Positions 11,145-23,200 of a stretch of 64,000 nucleotides of DNA are shown here, piece after piece. How positions within the stretch are numbered: position 1 is the first letter of the stretch; every line of letters starts with the position of its first letter. The translations under genes were made by a program, and so were the position numbers. The notes beneath the pieces are model-generated. The model was not told the origin of the DNA. It searched no databases and was given only the letters and a program-made list of their open reading frames with translations. The stretch is from assembly GCA_047495785.1 (NCBI GenBank), contig JBLDXI010000007.1, forward strand, positions 2,542,001-2,606,000, in the 5' to 3' direction. Source of the DNA: Lepidodermella squamata. Taxonomy: Eukaryota > Animalia > Gastrotricha.

Positions 11145-14100
11145 ATGGAAGATTTCTTCATTGGTAAGGCTATTCTTATTCTTATTCTTAGCTTTCATCA
11201 GCATTGCAATAGGTTCCGACGATACCTGGGAAGCCGCCGATTATCTGGTCAATGTTTTGCCAATGGGAACAACGCCATATGTGGATACGAAAAGCAATTC
11301 AAAGGGCGATTGCATTATGAAATGTTGCAAGAATGACGCATATCAGGAATGCGATTCTTTCGCCTACAGTGAAGCCAAACAGGCATGCAAGTTGTATGCC
11401 CACCCAAGTTCGCAAAATATGCCAGTTCCGGGCAACGGCAGCTGGAAATCAGACACGGATAATGGTCATCAAGTTTTTTACAAGGTTGAAATCATTGATG
11501 AAGCCGCTCCCATTTCTTATGACTGATTACAGAGCCAATTTTGCCCACCTGGATGGTTTGCTGATAAAATCAACTCACAATGTTACTTCATAGATACGAC
11601 GCCCGTCAACCGTCGTGATGCTTGGGCAGTCTGCGAGAAGCGTTTCATGGCAAGGCTTGCTACGTTTGATTCCCGAGAGCAGCGCGATAGTTTTTACAAG
11701 ATTCTGGATAGCAATTATGCTACAGTTAGTCCGCAAATCTTCTGGACAGGTTACAACCGGTTTACGAGATATCATTGGTCCCGGCCAGTTGAGGAGATTC
11801 CTGGATACATCAAGGGCCATGGTTTCAACTCCGAAGCGAACTATCCCGGCGTTTTCATAAACAAAGCAGGCTTCTATCCTTACCAAAATGCTAAGGAACC
11901 ACAAGTCTGCGCGAGGATTTGCTCCGGTAGCCTCAAAGATAGATGCACAGGGTTCCTGTGGGAAGTTGCAACTGGCCGATGTTGGTTCCAGCGGGCAATG
12001 CCGCGTTATAATTTCGACAACAGAGGAATGATGACAAATTGGACTTACTACCGAATAGGTAACCTCGTCTATCTGCCGCTGTGGGATTTGTATTACTGCT
12101 CTGGTTTTAGTTGGAAGGCCGAAAATGACCATCTACCCCCGATTTACTTTCCCAATAACCGGAAGTGGATTGACCCTAACTCAAGTGCCAATTACATCCA
12201 TCTACCAGTGCCAGCAGATATGCCTTGAGTATGAGTCACACACAATTTCCGCTCTAATCGTTCTCACGTTCGGTTTGACACAGGTACCCGAATTGCGTAA
12301 CCAGCGAGGTAATGAACGGCGGCGTGAATTGTTGGCCAAAGTTTGCAGTCGGCGCAATTGGCACTGGAGTGGGAAGCGCCGAATCGTTGGTTTTGAACGG
12401 TAGGAACTCCTTAACCACTATTGGTCGCCATTCAGCTGCATTGGCGATCTAGATATTATTTCTAATAGCCCGTGTATGGACACCTTTCGTTACCGCGATG
12501 TCTGCCTACGCGCTTCTCTCACTCCAAGGGGGTTCTCTCACTCCTATCGCGGGGACTTTCGATGCAGCCCATGGGGTTTGTCGCAACATCGGTGGCCGAG
12601 TTCCAATGTGATTTAGAATTCAAATATACTAATTCCTATAAGATCTCTGTCCCACAGACCGGAGGATGGTTTCCGCAAGACTACAGCTTGGGGTGCATTG
12701 ATAACCAGCTACAATATAGGTTGGGGATGGCACAACTGCGTTTACAACGGCTCTGCATACGTGACGAGCGACGGCATACCAATGAACGAAACTTCCACAC
12801 TATTTAATTCGTAACTAGATGACTCCAAATAGTTTCAACTATTATACGTCACTTCTAGACCACCGACAAATTTAATTGGCAGCGTGACAGTCAGTAAGGC
12901 AGATTTCAGCGCCACAAGCGAGGGTCTGGGCCATAGATAAAGGTTAAGATGTGAAACTGTCTATCCTCTAATGTTGTCAAAATCTCGCGGTGCAAAGGTC
13001 ACCATCTGCTAAGTAAACAAAAACGTGCTTTTATTAAAGCAACGCGTGGCTAGACCAAAGCATTAAAAAAAAGGTCATTTTTCCTCTCATTTCTACGAAA
13101 ACTGTCTCCTCCAAAATGAATGAAAATGATACGACTGATAGCAATTTTTGCTGGCTTTCAAATGAATCCAAGCTCGTCGCGCCCCAAAATAGAGAAGCCG
13201 CGCTATTGTTAGACAAAAGCGGTCGCAAAATTTCGAAATTGACATTTTTTGACATTTGCCGGGACGGTAAATTTCAAAATTATGAATACAAAAATTCCAA
13301 GAAAATATGCATAATTCACGTCTCATTGAGATCTATCTCCAGATGTAATTTTTAAGAAAATCCGAACCGGCTATCAATTTCTGGAAAAAATTCTGGAGAA
13401 AGCTAGATTTAAGCACACTTACATTAAATATTTTGCAATTGCGCTATGTGACAGGCGTAGTCAACCATGACCAATTTAGCCTAATTCGCCGTAGTCACTA
13501 CTCAGACTGCCATTATCTCCTCGTATTTCTGCCAAATTTAATGGAAATTGGATAAATAGTTCATTCAATGTAAGGGAATTATATGGGGATATCGTCGATC
13601 GTCGAGATTCGAAGCGTGATCCACAAACCCGAAAATTAAATTGTGTATCGAATTTAGCGTAGCAAATATCTTTGCCTGTTCAACTAGGGCTGATTTTTGA
13701 AATTAGAAGATCGCGTGATGCGGTTTGCCTTTGTAAATGGTCAATTCTATAGACTGGAAAGTAATTTGTACGTAAATCAAAAAAATTAATAAGCAGTGTT
13801 ACGTCATTTTTTCAACATGTGTATCGCGGATAAAAGCTGTACACTTTTAATGAATCTACCGTACCGCCCGAAAAGTTACTCAACCTCGTACAGCCATACA
13901 TTTCGGGCAATAGGGTATTAAAAAATCCTATTAAACCCTTTGCTATAACTCGAATTTAAGGAAAACCGCCGTGTCAATATGAGTCGAAATCGGTTAATTT
14001 TTCTAACAAATTGTTACTTGGCAACTTTACCCGCGATTCCAACGAAATGAAACGTTTCATCCACTTATTTAATTCAATATCGAAACTTAATTTAGTTTAA

Positions 14101-16072
14101 TATCGATTGCTTCGATTGCTTCGAAACTGCCAGTTGGTATTTATGGTAATTCGAAGCAATGCTAAGTGTGCACACTAGGCCCGCCTGCTCGTCGCATCGA
14201 TAATATCGTCAGCGTTGTTGAAGAAGTCGGATTCAGGCTTGTATGCGAGTCACTTTTCGAGTTAAACATGTCGGTAACAGCCAGTACTTGAATAATGTAA
14301 CCTTATAGCGGGCAATGTTTTACCGCCCAATAACATGTAAACAACGTTCTAAATGCGATTTTGTCAACGACGGCATCACGGTCACGGCGGCGGCGTTCTC
14401 TTAAAATCTGAAATTACATCAATGTTAGAGGTAACTTGAGTGCCGAAGAGTATAGCCTTATCCAAGCAAGTCAATCTCCTTCCAAGTTAAAATCTCACCT
14501 TTCAGACGTCGCAAACAGATCGAGCAACCTTGAATCGCAATACCTCTACATTACTGTATTGCCTATTTCCAGAAATTGATAGCCGGTTCGGATTTTCTTA
14601 AAAATTACACCTGGAGATAGATCTCAATGAGACGTGAATTATGCATATTTTCTTGGAATTTTTGTATTCATAATTTTGAAATTTACCGTCCCGGCAAATG
14701 TCAAAAAATGTCAATTTCGAAATTTTGCGACCGCTTTTGTCTAACAATAGCGCGGCTTCTCTATTTTGGGGCGCGACGAGCTTGGATTCATTTGAAAGCC
14801 AGCAAAAATTGCTATCAGTCGTATCATTTTCATTCATTTTGGAGGAGACAGTTTTCGTAGAAATGAGAGGAAAAATGACCTTTTTTTTAATGCTTTGGTC
14901 TAGCCACGCGTTGCTTTAATAAAAGCACGTTTTTGTTTACTTAGCAGATGGTGACCTTTGCACCGCGAGATTTTGACAACATTAGAGGATAGACAGTTTC
15001 ACATCTTAACCTTTATCTATGGTCTGGGCCTTCTATATTATGAATACAGCAAGACTGATACCACTGTGTCTAATCATTGCGAGCATCGTAAGAGTGTTAG
15101 CTCGTTTTTGTCTAAGGTATGGCATGTTCTTTCATCGATATAGCTACCTCGAACAACTGGCCGATCAACTGCCGATTCACTCCGTTTGGTCGCGAATACA
15201 TGGGCTTCGCCTCGGTAACAATCAGCGGCAATCTGTGCAAAAGTTGGTCATCAACTCCATACGCTTCAAGCAACGCTCTTTTCGTGGACTACACGGCTTC
15301 GCACAACTACTGCCGCAATCCTGATGCTTCGGTTTTTCCCGAGCCGTGGTGCTACGACTCGGTTTCTAATGTACCAGCTTTATGCATGCCGATTCCGATG
15401 TGTCGTAAGAATTTATCGAAAATATCGCGATTTTCGTTTGTAAAGAATTCTCACCCAGCCGAATCTGACTGGGATCCGATTAATGCGAAGTTGATGGAAG
15501 ATTTGTTCATGGGCTATGCTGTGATGGTTCCGAACCCTGTAACACCCAGCGACTACAACTGGCTGCCGTATAGCAAGCGGTGGAATGCCCTACCCGTCTG
15601 CAGACTACCGATGAATGAATGGTGCGAGATTACGTTCCAGTCAAGCTGTTACAAGTACTTTACAGTGCCGTCAACCTATGATGAAGCGAAGGCCGTTTGC
15701 CAGATGAATGGCTGGCAATTGTTGGAAATCAACTCCCTGGTTGAGCAGTATTTCATACTAACCCACCTTGGATCAATTGCCAGTAAGCGAATCGAAAAGA
15801 TGGAAGCTTTTCACAGATATGAACCATCTTTTGCAGGAATGCGCCAGAAAAGCTACGACGAAAATACGTGGCTTGGCTTGAGCAATGCTGGCGGGAATTG
15901 GGCTTGGGAGTCAGGCCGGCCTGTGACCTATGTGAATTGGGCGAATTCTACAAATACGAGTCTAGGCAATAAGCGTGGCGCAATCAACGTGGCGCAACAG
16001 CTGTTATGGTTCGCAACTACACCAACGACAAAGAAATGGTTCTTTTGCGAACTCGATATGAATAGAATGTGA
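11145..16072 (+). pseudogene. Secreted PAN/C-type lectin/kringle mosaic gene, copy 1, disrupted by a transposon in a coding exon
   Basis: Exons can be spliced in frame via short GT-AG introns (e.g. 11485-11532) and match copies 2-4. The exon encoding ...ATSEGLG/LLYYEYSKTD... is interrupted by the 12932-15021 element. The kringle (NYCRNPD, PWCY) and terminal CTL exons follow. Confidence 0.8.
12932..15021. mobile_element. Non-autonomous DNA transposon, 2090 bp, with 456-bp TIRs and an 8-bp TSD (P-superfamily-like; hAT not excluded)
   Basis: TIRs 12932-13387 and 14566-15021 are almost perfectly complementary (one mismatch seen). Termini are CATAG...CTATG. Direct repeat GTCTGGGC at 12924-12931 and 15022-15029. 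No transposase ORF inside. Confidence 0.95.
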
Positions 16073-16417
16073 TTCATAGTAATATTATCGGAAATTCTGC
16101 CGGGGTTAATGTTGTCGAGAATTTATAAGACTGATGTCTACTCCATTAACAAAACTTTGATGATACACAAAACAGCGAACGCGACAATTTGTGAAAATTT
16201 GCAGAAAATTTGTCAACATAAGAAGAAACAGCAGAAGCACGATGCATCTTATACGTAGTGACCTTTCGTTTTGTTGCAAAATGAAATGTAGAACTTGTAG
16301 CTGTTGAACTTGTAAATCAACCTTTCTCATCCGTTATTTTTATTCAAGACAACACATGTCGTATATTAACAAGAAATCTTTCAAACATCCATATATCAGC
16401 TAAGGATAGCGGTGAAA

Positions 16418-18790
16418 CTAACTAATAACGATGCTAGCAGGTTCAGCAATAACTCTTCGGTGCAGAATATCCGGGATCAATTGCAAAAATGCCGTGGAAT
16501 TCGAATAAAACAACACGCCAAACGATAGAATCGACGTCCGCAGGACAACCCGATTCACCGGCAACAAAACCATCAAGGCCAACACTACAGCCATGATAGT
16601 CAGAGCATTTACAGTTGCTACTTTGGTAGTGAAGAAATCTCTGGAATTCTTGAGTAGCTTGAGCTCATTGGCGAAAATCGCCCCGACAATCAAAAGTCCG
16701 ACGTGAAATACAGCAAGCAGGGGCGCCCATATTGCTAGATATTGAGAACTGCAAACTTGCTGAACATTCGCTGTATAAGAATCTAATGTTGGATCATATT
16801 GAACAGGACCGTATTTCGTTACGGTTGCGATCGGATCTCCGCCAACGAATCCAATCATGACTGTTACATTGATGAATATGAATATGATGGCTTCGAAGAC
16901 ACTGCTTTTGTCTATTTCCCAGGGGTTTTGAGCAGTCCGCTGATGAGAAGATTCGTTATTAAGCTGATGATTGCTGTTGCTGGAGCGAATGGACGATCTA
17001 GTTTTGACTTTGAATAGACTTCGCGCAGATTTGACAGATTTCAGCTTCGCATGAGATGTACGCGTTGGTTTAGTTTGAGATCGGAACCAGATGAAAAGTG
17101 AGGCGAGCCGGGAGAAAAACGACCCGTTAACCATAGATATGCCGAGAACGACTAGAACTACCAGGGACTGACAGATTTCGTTTGATAAAACACTATTAAA
17201 GCTCGCAACTAGAACGAGAGATGCAGCATCCGCTACGAAGCAGCCGATGACGGTGAAAGAACTTAAGAATGAGTATGCCATCTTTGAGGGACGTTTAACT
17301 AAACGATATGAATAAAAGAGTTTGACAATTACAGCGACTACAGTGAGAGCAGCAACGCTTCCAAATACAGCTGTCGGGACATTATCGTAATTATAAGTAA
17401 TCTCAGAGAGGTCTTTCGGGGTTAAACCATCCGCAGTAAGCCAGATTGGTTCGTTCAACCTTTCGATTTTGTAGTTTTTCAACTCCAGTATCGAGCTGGT
17501 GTTATTACCAATAAATGTTGTACGCAATATAATGCGCATGCCCTTTTTGGGGGTCCATTGGGTCAAATACATTGGTTCGTAGTCGAGCTCGAGCCGAGGG
17601 GTGTACTTGATGCGCCCTATTCTCAGCCCAACGAAATCTGACGAAGCTGCACTCTCGTTCACTGCTTTCCATACCAAATCTGGCTCATTTGCGAAATCCT
17701 TCAAAGTTTTGTTCCTTGCTCTCAGAATCTTTTCCCCACCATCCAATGAAAGAACCGCCTGCATCATTGAGTCGAAACACCTGTGACGACGAACATAATC
17801 GGCTGATCGAGAGTTGTTCGTCAAATTGTCCAGAAGGAGGTCAAAACCCCGTTGGTCGTAGCCGAAACTTGTGTTGCCATGATCTTCGATGGCAAAGTCG
17901 AACGGGCCGCTCCATAATGTATGTTGAACTTGTTGCGTAATGATTTCGCGTGTGCAGTTGCCTGGGAGTCTGAGATCGCTCGCTGCAGGATCGATGAAGC
18001 TAGCGGATATGACGAAAAATGAGAATAATGGAGGTCTTACCCCAGCATGCCATGCCAGGCATAAAAACTGCGTGCTCTGCGCCACTGCACCGGTATTCAC
18101 AACAATTACTCTGGCATCACTCCTTCGAATTTCCCACATCATACCGTCATTTACACCATCAGAGCTAACACCGAATATGAGACTCTTTCCAAACAACCTT
18201 GCATTATCGGCCACGTAGTCGTTTGCGAAGTTGTCAGTCGCGGCTGAAAAACCAGCAGCTCCGTACTGCTTCCATCGAGAATTGAAAGCTATGAAAGCAG
18301 CTTGCGGAATGTATTGCGATTCCGCTGGGATTCGATTTCGGTACAAGTGCGGGTAAACCGTCCGAAGTGCCGTAAATTGAGGACCGCTACAGCCCGGCGT
18401 GAACTGTATCTGCCTCATGAATCGAGAAATTCCAGTGATTGTGTTGCAGATCTGTGCTGTTCCTACGATGACCGGGGCAAGAAAGGTTTGTTTCTTCGGG
18501 TCCCTGGAAATTGTTACCTCGGCATCGCGTAGGAAATTGACGTACGTCCTTGGGGCGAGTGATGCCTGGCTTCCTTCGTCTCGAAAGTCAGGTACCAATT
18601 CGTAGTCGGGTAGCAGATCTTTCCTGGAGTTTGCAGTGTTCACAGCCACTTGCATTGCAGCTTGACAAACCCGGCCATCTCTTGGCTCATAGCCAGTGTA
18701 AGTCGCAGCAGCGTAGATGAGGAGTTTGTACGGCTTTTGAGCTTCGATTTGTTGGAGAACGAGTAGCATAATACCTAAAGCTTTCACCAT
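16418..18790 (-). CDS. Class C GPCR, GABA-B-receptor-like (paralog 4, closest to paralog 2), intronless
   Basis: Nearly colinear with paralog 2, including the C-terminus (LQLIPDILHRRV) and flanking non-coding DNA. Likely ATG at 18790. Confidence 0.88.
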   Translation of the reverse strand: MVKALGIMLLVLQQIEAQKPYKLLIYAAATYTGYEPRDGRVCQAAMQVAVNTANSRKDLLPDYELVPDFRDEGSQASLAPRTYVNFLRDAEVTISRDPKKQTFLAPVIVGTAQICNTITGISRFMRQIQFTPGCSGPQFTALRTVYPHLYRNRIPAESQYIPQAAFIAFNSRWKQYGAAGFSAATDNFANDYVADNARLFGKSLIFGVSSDGVNDGMMWEIRRSDARVIVVNTGAVAQSTQFLCLAWHAGVRPPLFSFFVISASFIDPAASDLRLPGNCTREIITQQVQHTLWSGPFDFAIEDHGNTSFGYDQRGFDLLLDNLTNNSRSADYVRRHRCFDSMMQAVLSLDGGEKILRARNKTLKDFANEPDLVWKAVNESAASSDFVGLRIGRIKYTPRLELDYEPMYLTQWTPKKGMRIILRTTFIGNNTSSILELKNYKIERLNEPIWLTADGLTPKDLSEITYNYDNVPTAVFGSVAALTVVAVIVKLFYSYRLVKRPSKMAYSFLSSFTVIGCFVADAASLVLVASFNSVLSNEICQSLVVLVVLGISMVNGSFFSRLASLFIWFRSQTKPTRTSHAKLKSVKSARSLFKVKTRSSIRSSNSNHQLNNESSHQRTAQNPWEIDKSSVFEAIIFIFINVTVMIGFVGGDPIATVTKYGPVQYDPTLDSYTANVQQVCSSQYLAIWAPLLAVFHVGLLIVGAIFANELKLLKNSRDFFTTKVATVNALTIMAVVLALMVLLPVNRVVLRTSILSFGVLFYSNSTAFLQLIPDILHRRVIAEPASIVIS

Positions 18791-19479
18791 GTTTCGCGAA
18801 TGTTCTGGAAGCAAAGGATCTTTTTAATGACAATTGCCATGTTGAAATGTAATAATTGAGTACAGAGGAGGTATAATTCAACTAATCTGACGCTTACCTG
18901 ATGTACCAGCTTCTTAGGCAGCAATGAAGTATTTTTCGTCAACAACTTGAGCAATTTAATATAATAAACGCGACGGATATATGTCGACTTTGTATTCGAT
19001 ATATTCGAAAACCAAATATATGTTTGACTGAAATACCTATGTTGACTTCGTTAGATCAAGCTTAACACAGAAACTGCAATGAAAATGTTTATTAAAAGAC
19101 TCGTGAGAACCCCGCAAGATTATTAGGAAGATTATCATTAAAACACCCCGCATCAAGTTCGCTCTTCAAGGTAATGAACTTGTAGATTGTACAAGTCCGT
19201 TAAATTAGGCAAGATTAGATCAGATGGATTGTCCGTCAGTTGGCAAGTACGTACTTGACGGACGGAATCTGATCTTAGGCGGCTCAAGGAAACCGTAAGA
19301 AAAGGATTTTTGATTCGCACATGTTTAAATTTAATCAATCTGCGCGGTAAAACGTGCTTTTTGAAAACTGTCCGTTTTTGTGATAAAACTCGGGCAGATA
19401 TTTATGGTTAAGCCGCCTTTTCTTAGATTTCGGGTAGGTAAGTTCCCCTCATTTCTTTCATTCGCTCTCATGATAAGGT

Positions 19480-19820
19480 GGGCTGTTGCAAAAGGTTCCG
19501 ACGTCACCAGGGAAAGCACCGACTACTTGGTAAATGTTTTACCAATATGGGGAAAACGCCTTATTTGGAAACGAAAGGGAGAATGCATAATGAATTGTTA
19601 CAAGAAAGAATGCGATTCTTTCGCCTAGAGTGCCAAACAGGCATTCAAGTTGAATACCCACCCAAGCACGCAAGATATGCCAATTCGGGCAACTGCAGCT
19701 GGAAATCAGACACATATAATGCTTATCAAGTTGTTTTCAATGTTAGAATTGTGATGAAGCTGTACCATTTCGTTTTATGATTAATTACAGAGCCAATTTT
19801 GCCCGCCTGGATGGTTTTCT
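19480..19820 (+). pseudogene. Degenerate 5' fragment of the PAN/CTL/kringle gene family
   Basis: DYLVNVLP, KGECIM, ECDSFA and SWKSDT lie in shifting frames with a stop. The first intron and the start of exon 2 (agccaattttgcccgcctggatgg) are retained, then similarity ends. Confidence 0.85.
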
Positions 19821-20065
19821 TGGTCAATATTTCAATTTTTCAATTTTTTTTTTAATTTTATTATTTTGAAAACAAAAGCACGGGTTCAGGTAAATATGAT
19901 AATTTCAACAAACCGGTTACTTCTTTTTTATCACATATCACACGAAAAGTTTCAAAAAATTTAAGCTTTTTGATATACAAAAAGGAGAAGAACTAAACAA
20001 ATTTTTTCAGATTTTTCCTCAATGCAACAAATTTGGATAGACATGTTTTTTGCATTTTTTTCGAG

Positions 20066-22066
20066 TCAATTGGCTCCTGCTGTTGATGCGCTTGAATGCA
20101 GTTTGTTTTCAATGTCTTTGAAAGGATATTCAGGGTGTTCAGCGAGGCCGGGAACAACAGCGGCCATGAGGCGCCGATTCGAGTTCATCGACCCAATAGC
20201 AGCCACGTCATTTTCGTCGAGTTCAAAGTCCCAAATTTGAAAATTGTCAACGATGCGCGACGGCGTTGCGCTTTTAGCGACGACTGAAATGCGACGCTGG
20301 ACTAGCCAACGCAGCACGACTTGCGCCGTGCTTTTGTTGTGTTTCATAGCGATTTGTTTCAGCACCGGGTTGTCGAGGATGTTAATGTAGTTGCCCATCG
20401 GTTGGCCTGTTGCGGGTGACGGCGTGCCAGGGCTGCCGAAGGGTGAGTAAGCCGTCACCATGACGTCCTGTTTTCGGCAGAATTCGGTCAGTTCGTGGTT
20501 TTGAAACACCGGGTGTAGCTCGATTTGATTAACAGCTGGCGGAACGACAGCAGATGCTCGAACTCTAGCTACCTGGAAAACAAATAGACATCAGTTCGAT
20601 TGAAATTATATAAAATTTGGGAATTTAGAATTTATTCGCAGCACTTCCAGCGTGAAATTCGAGTTTTAATTTTAAATTAAAATAATCATTGAAGAATTTT
20701 CCATCATTAATTATTAATTCTCATAGCGACGACATCAGCGATGAATATTGTAAAAAGTGACATTTTTTCGGTATAATTGGATTAATTGATTGCGCCGCAT
20801 AAAGAGGTCGCCAAGGCCAGACATGGTGACCTAGATTCACGTCATTGGTCGAGCAAACTAATGTAGGTCAGCCTTCTCTACAAATTTAGGTCAAACTCGA
20901 AAAGAAAAGCCTGAATTATTTCTCGAAGCTTCGAAATATTTTTCTGCAATATGCCAATGAGCGTCCAAAATAAAGTGCTACGTGTCCCAAAGGTTTCGCA
21001 AGAATTTTTAATTTTTGCAATTTTTTATGAAAGTTTCATAAAAATTCTTTGAAGTGTAACCTATGGAGAGAATCTTCCATTCTTTATCCTCGGTTTTACC
21101 GAGGAAAACCTGGAAACCCCCGATGGTAATTGTTTCGGTAATTTTCGGTATTTATCCGGCTGGGTCGAAATTACCCGGTTTTTCAAATCCCATTCACAAA
21201 ATTTACATAACTGATAATTGATAGAACTTCGCTTCTCATTTTAGAATTTCTGATCCCATTCCTTCGAATTGTCATCATATCTGGTAAAAATATGGAGATT
21301 TTGAAACAGTGAAACGTCAGAAATCATCTTGCCCGTTTTAAAATAAATTTGAGAAAAATATTCAAAAATCTCAAGAAAAAATTAGAAAAACTGAGGACAA
21401 TTTTTGAAAAATTCGAGAATTTGGGAATTTGGGAATTATGAAAAAATTTTGAAAAAATAAATTTTAAAAATTTTGGAATTTGAGAAAAATCTATTTTTCT
21501 AATTTTGAAAATAATTGGAGTGCTTTAATATTGCATACCTGATCAGCATTGCAGTTTGACAAGCCAATAGATCTGGCAAGGCCGGCTTTGACACAATCCT
21601 CCATGCCTTTCCACGTATCCTCCAACGTAACGCCAGGGTCAGTCATCACACGGCCCTGCCTGTCGACGTAAACCAGTCGCTTATCGCCGGCCATGTGTAG
21701 AAAAGGAATCGGGAAGTGTATTAGGTACATGTCGACGTATTTCAAATGCAACGCCTTCAACTGCGCCTTCAAAGCGTCGATAACGCGATGGCGCCGGTGG
21801 AACGACGAAAACAGCTTTGTTGTAATAAATATGTCGTCACGCGACACAATGCGCTTACTGAATATTTCCGTCTGCAACGCGTGGCCGATGATTTGCTCGT
21901 TTTCGTACGCGAACGCCGTGTCGATGTGACGGTAGCCGGCGGCTATTGCGGTGCGCAACGCGACACGCAGTTGATCGGGTTCTTTCATTTGAAATGTTCC
22001 GAAACCAAGCAGCGGCATGTGGCTACCATTGGCTAGTTTGATGAACAGCTGCGATGATTTCGACAT
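20066..22066 (-). CDS. Aldo-keto reductase (AKR1-like); exons 22066-21539 and 20572-20066
   Basis: GYRHIDTAFAYENE, FITTKL and YLIHFP carry the D/Y/K/H catalytic tetrad; also RSIGLSN, NQIELHP, AYSPFGS and AQVVLRW. A phase-0 GT-AG intron joins the exons in frame. Confidence 0.93.
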
Positions 22067-22553
22067 TTTTAATTTGTTAAACAGAATTTTTTAATTTCAC
22101 ATGACTAAACAAAATGGAAACAATTATTAGCGACTACTCGTTTTTTCAAGAAATTTTACAAGCCAACGGTGTTACTTGGCCGAGACACCTAGTATACTTC
22201 AGAAGCTATTATTTTTGAATTATTTATATTGGATTAAAAGGGCAAAAATTGAAAAATGTTGGAGAATTCGAAAAAATTGGCATGAGCGGCCTAATTTTTG
22301 CGGTTTTTGCTTTGTTGCGCAAGTGAGACAATAATTACGCAACAATACAAATTCTGGAAAGTGAAAAAATGAACGAATTCGGATTAAATTCGGAAAAAGT
22401 GGTTGAGACAAAAATTTGAAAAATTTGATAAAATTTGATAAAATAAAAAAATATCTATTAAAGAAGGACGAGAGGAAGGAATAGGGTGGCCAGGAAAAGA
22501 TGCTGTTAGGCCTTAATGGGTAAATTAATAAGTAAATTAAAAGGGTCTTCCTA

Positions 22554-22922
22554 TTAGCAGAACCAAATTTACGGTGAGCGGAACCTAATTTACAGTAGCG
22601 GAACCAAATATATGCTGTACCGAAACCAGATTTGCCTGTCAGAGGAGCCAAATTTGGAATTTTCTAGTGGCCTAAAATCACTTTTCGGATATTTCTTGCG
22701 GGTCAAGATCGACCACAATAATTCTAATAAAAACCCCAGTATATTCAGCGTGAAATTCTCTATAAGGCAGAGTGTTCAACTCAGAACTCATGCTTCGCCT
22801 CGAATTCGTAGAATTCTTCAAAAAGTGACTCCTGGCATATTTCGAGTTAGGTTTCGCAAAAAGCTTATTTAGTTCCGCTACTGTAAAATAGGTTCCGCTT
22901 ACCGTAAATTTAATTCTGCTAA
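22554..22922. repeat. Imperfect ~50-bp inverted repeat pair, probable MITE relic
   Basis: ttagcagaaccaaatttacggtgagcggaacc...gtagcggaac is mirrored by gttccgctactgtaaaataggttccgcttaccgtaaatttaattctgctaa. Confidence 0.6.
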
Positions 22923-23068
22923 AAATATTCTGAAATTAAAAGGTATTGATAAAACCTTTGCTACCGGGGAAGAGAATAACTAAACCGGCCTTTCTATTAT
23001 TGTAGAAAATTTCCTTCCCTGGACTTTCGAGGTTAGCATGCTTTGATTTTTCGATAATCACTGATCTA

Positions 23069-23200
23069 CAGGGTGGCCAAAAAGCCGCAGTGGGGCGAAT
23101 TCGATGCGCCTCAAGAGATGAGGAGTTTTAAGAAATTAAAACCGCTCATTAAATTGGTGCGCATCGAATTCGCTCCTCTGCGGCTTTTTTGGCCACCCTG
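23069..23200. mobile_element. Tc1/mariner-type MITE, 132 bp
   Basis: TA-CAGGGTGGCCAAAAAGCCGCAG...CTGCGGCTTTTTTGGCCACCCTG-TA; TA target duplication with ~45-bp imperfect TIRs. Confidence 0.85.

Noticed and set aside
13034-14919. Mirror-image ORFs (73, 77 and 79 aa) on both strands
   Set aside because: These are by-products of the 456-bp TIRs and show no transposase or other recognisable motifs.
15119-16072. 317-aa kringle-CTL ORF as a separate gene
   Set aside because: It is the 3' part of lectin copy 1, reading through in-frame introns, and has no signal peptide of its own.
2132-18605. Recurrent short antisense or alternate-frame ORFs over the GPCR genes
   Set aside because: They are shadows of duplicated coding sequence with no independent protein features.
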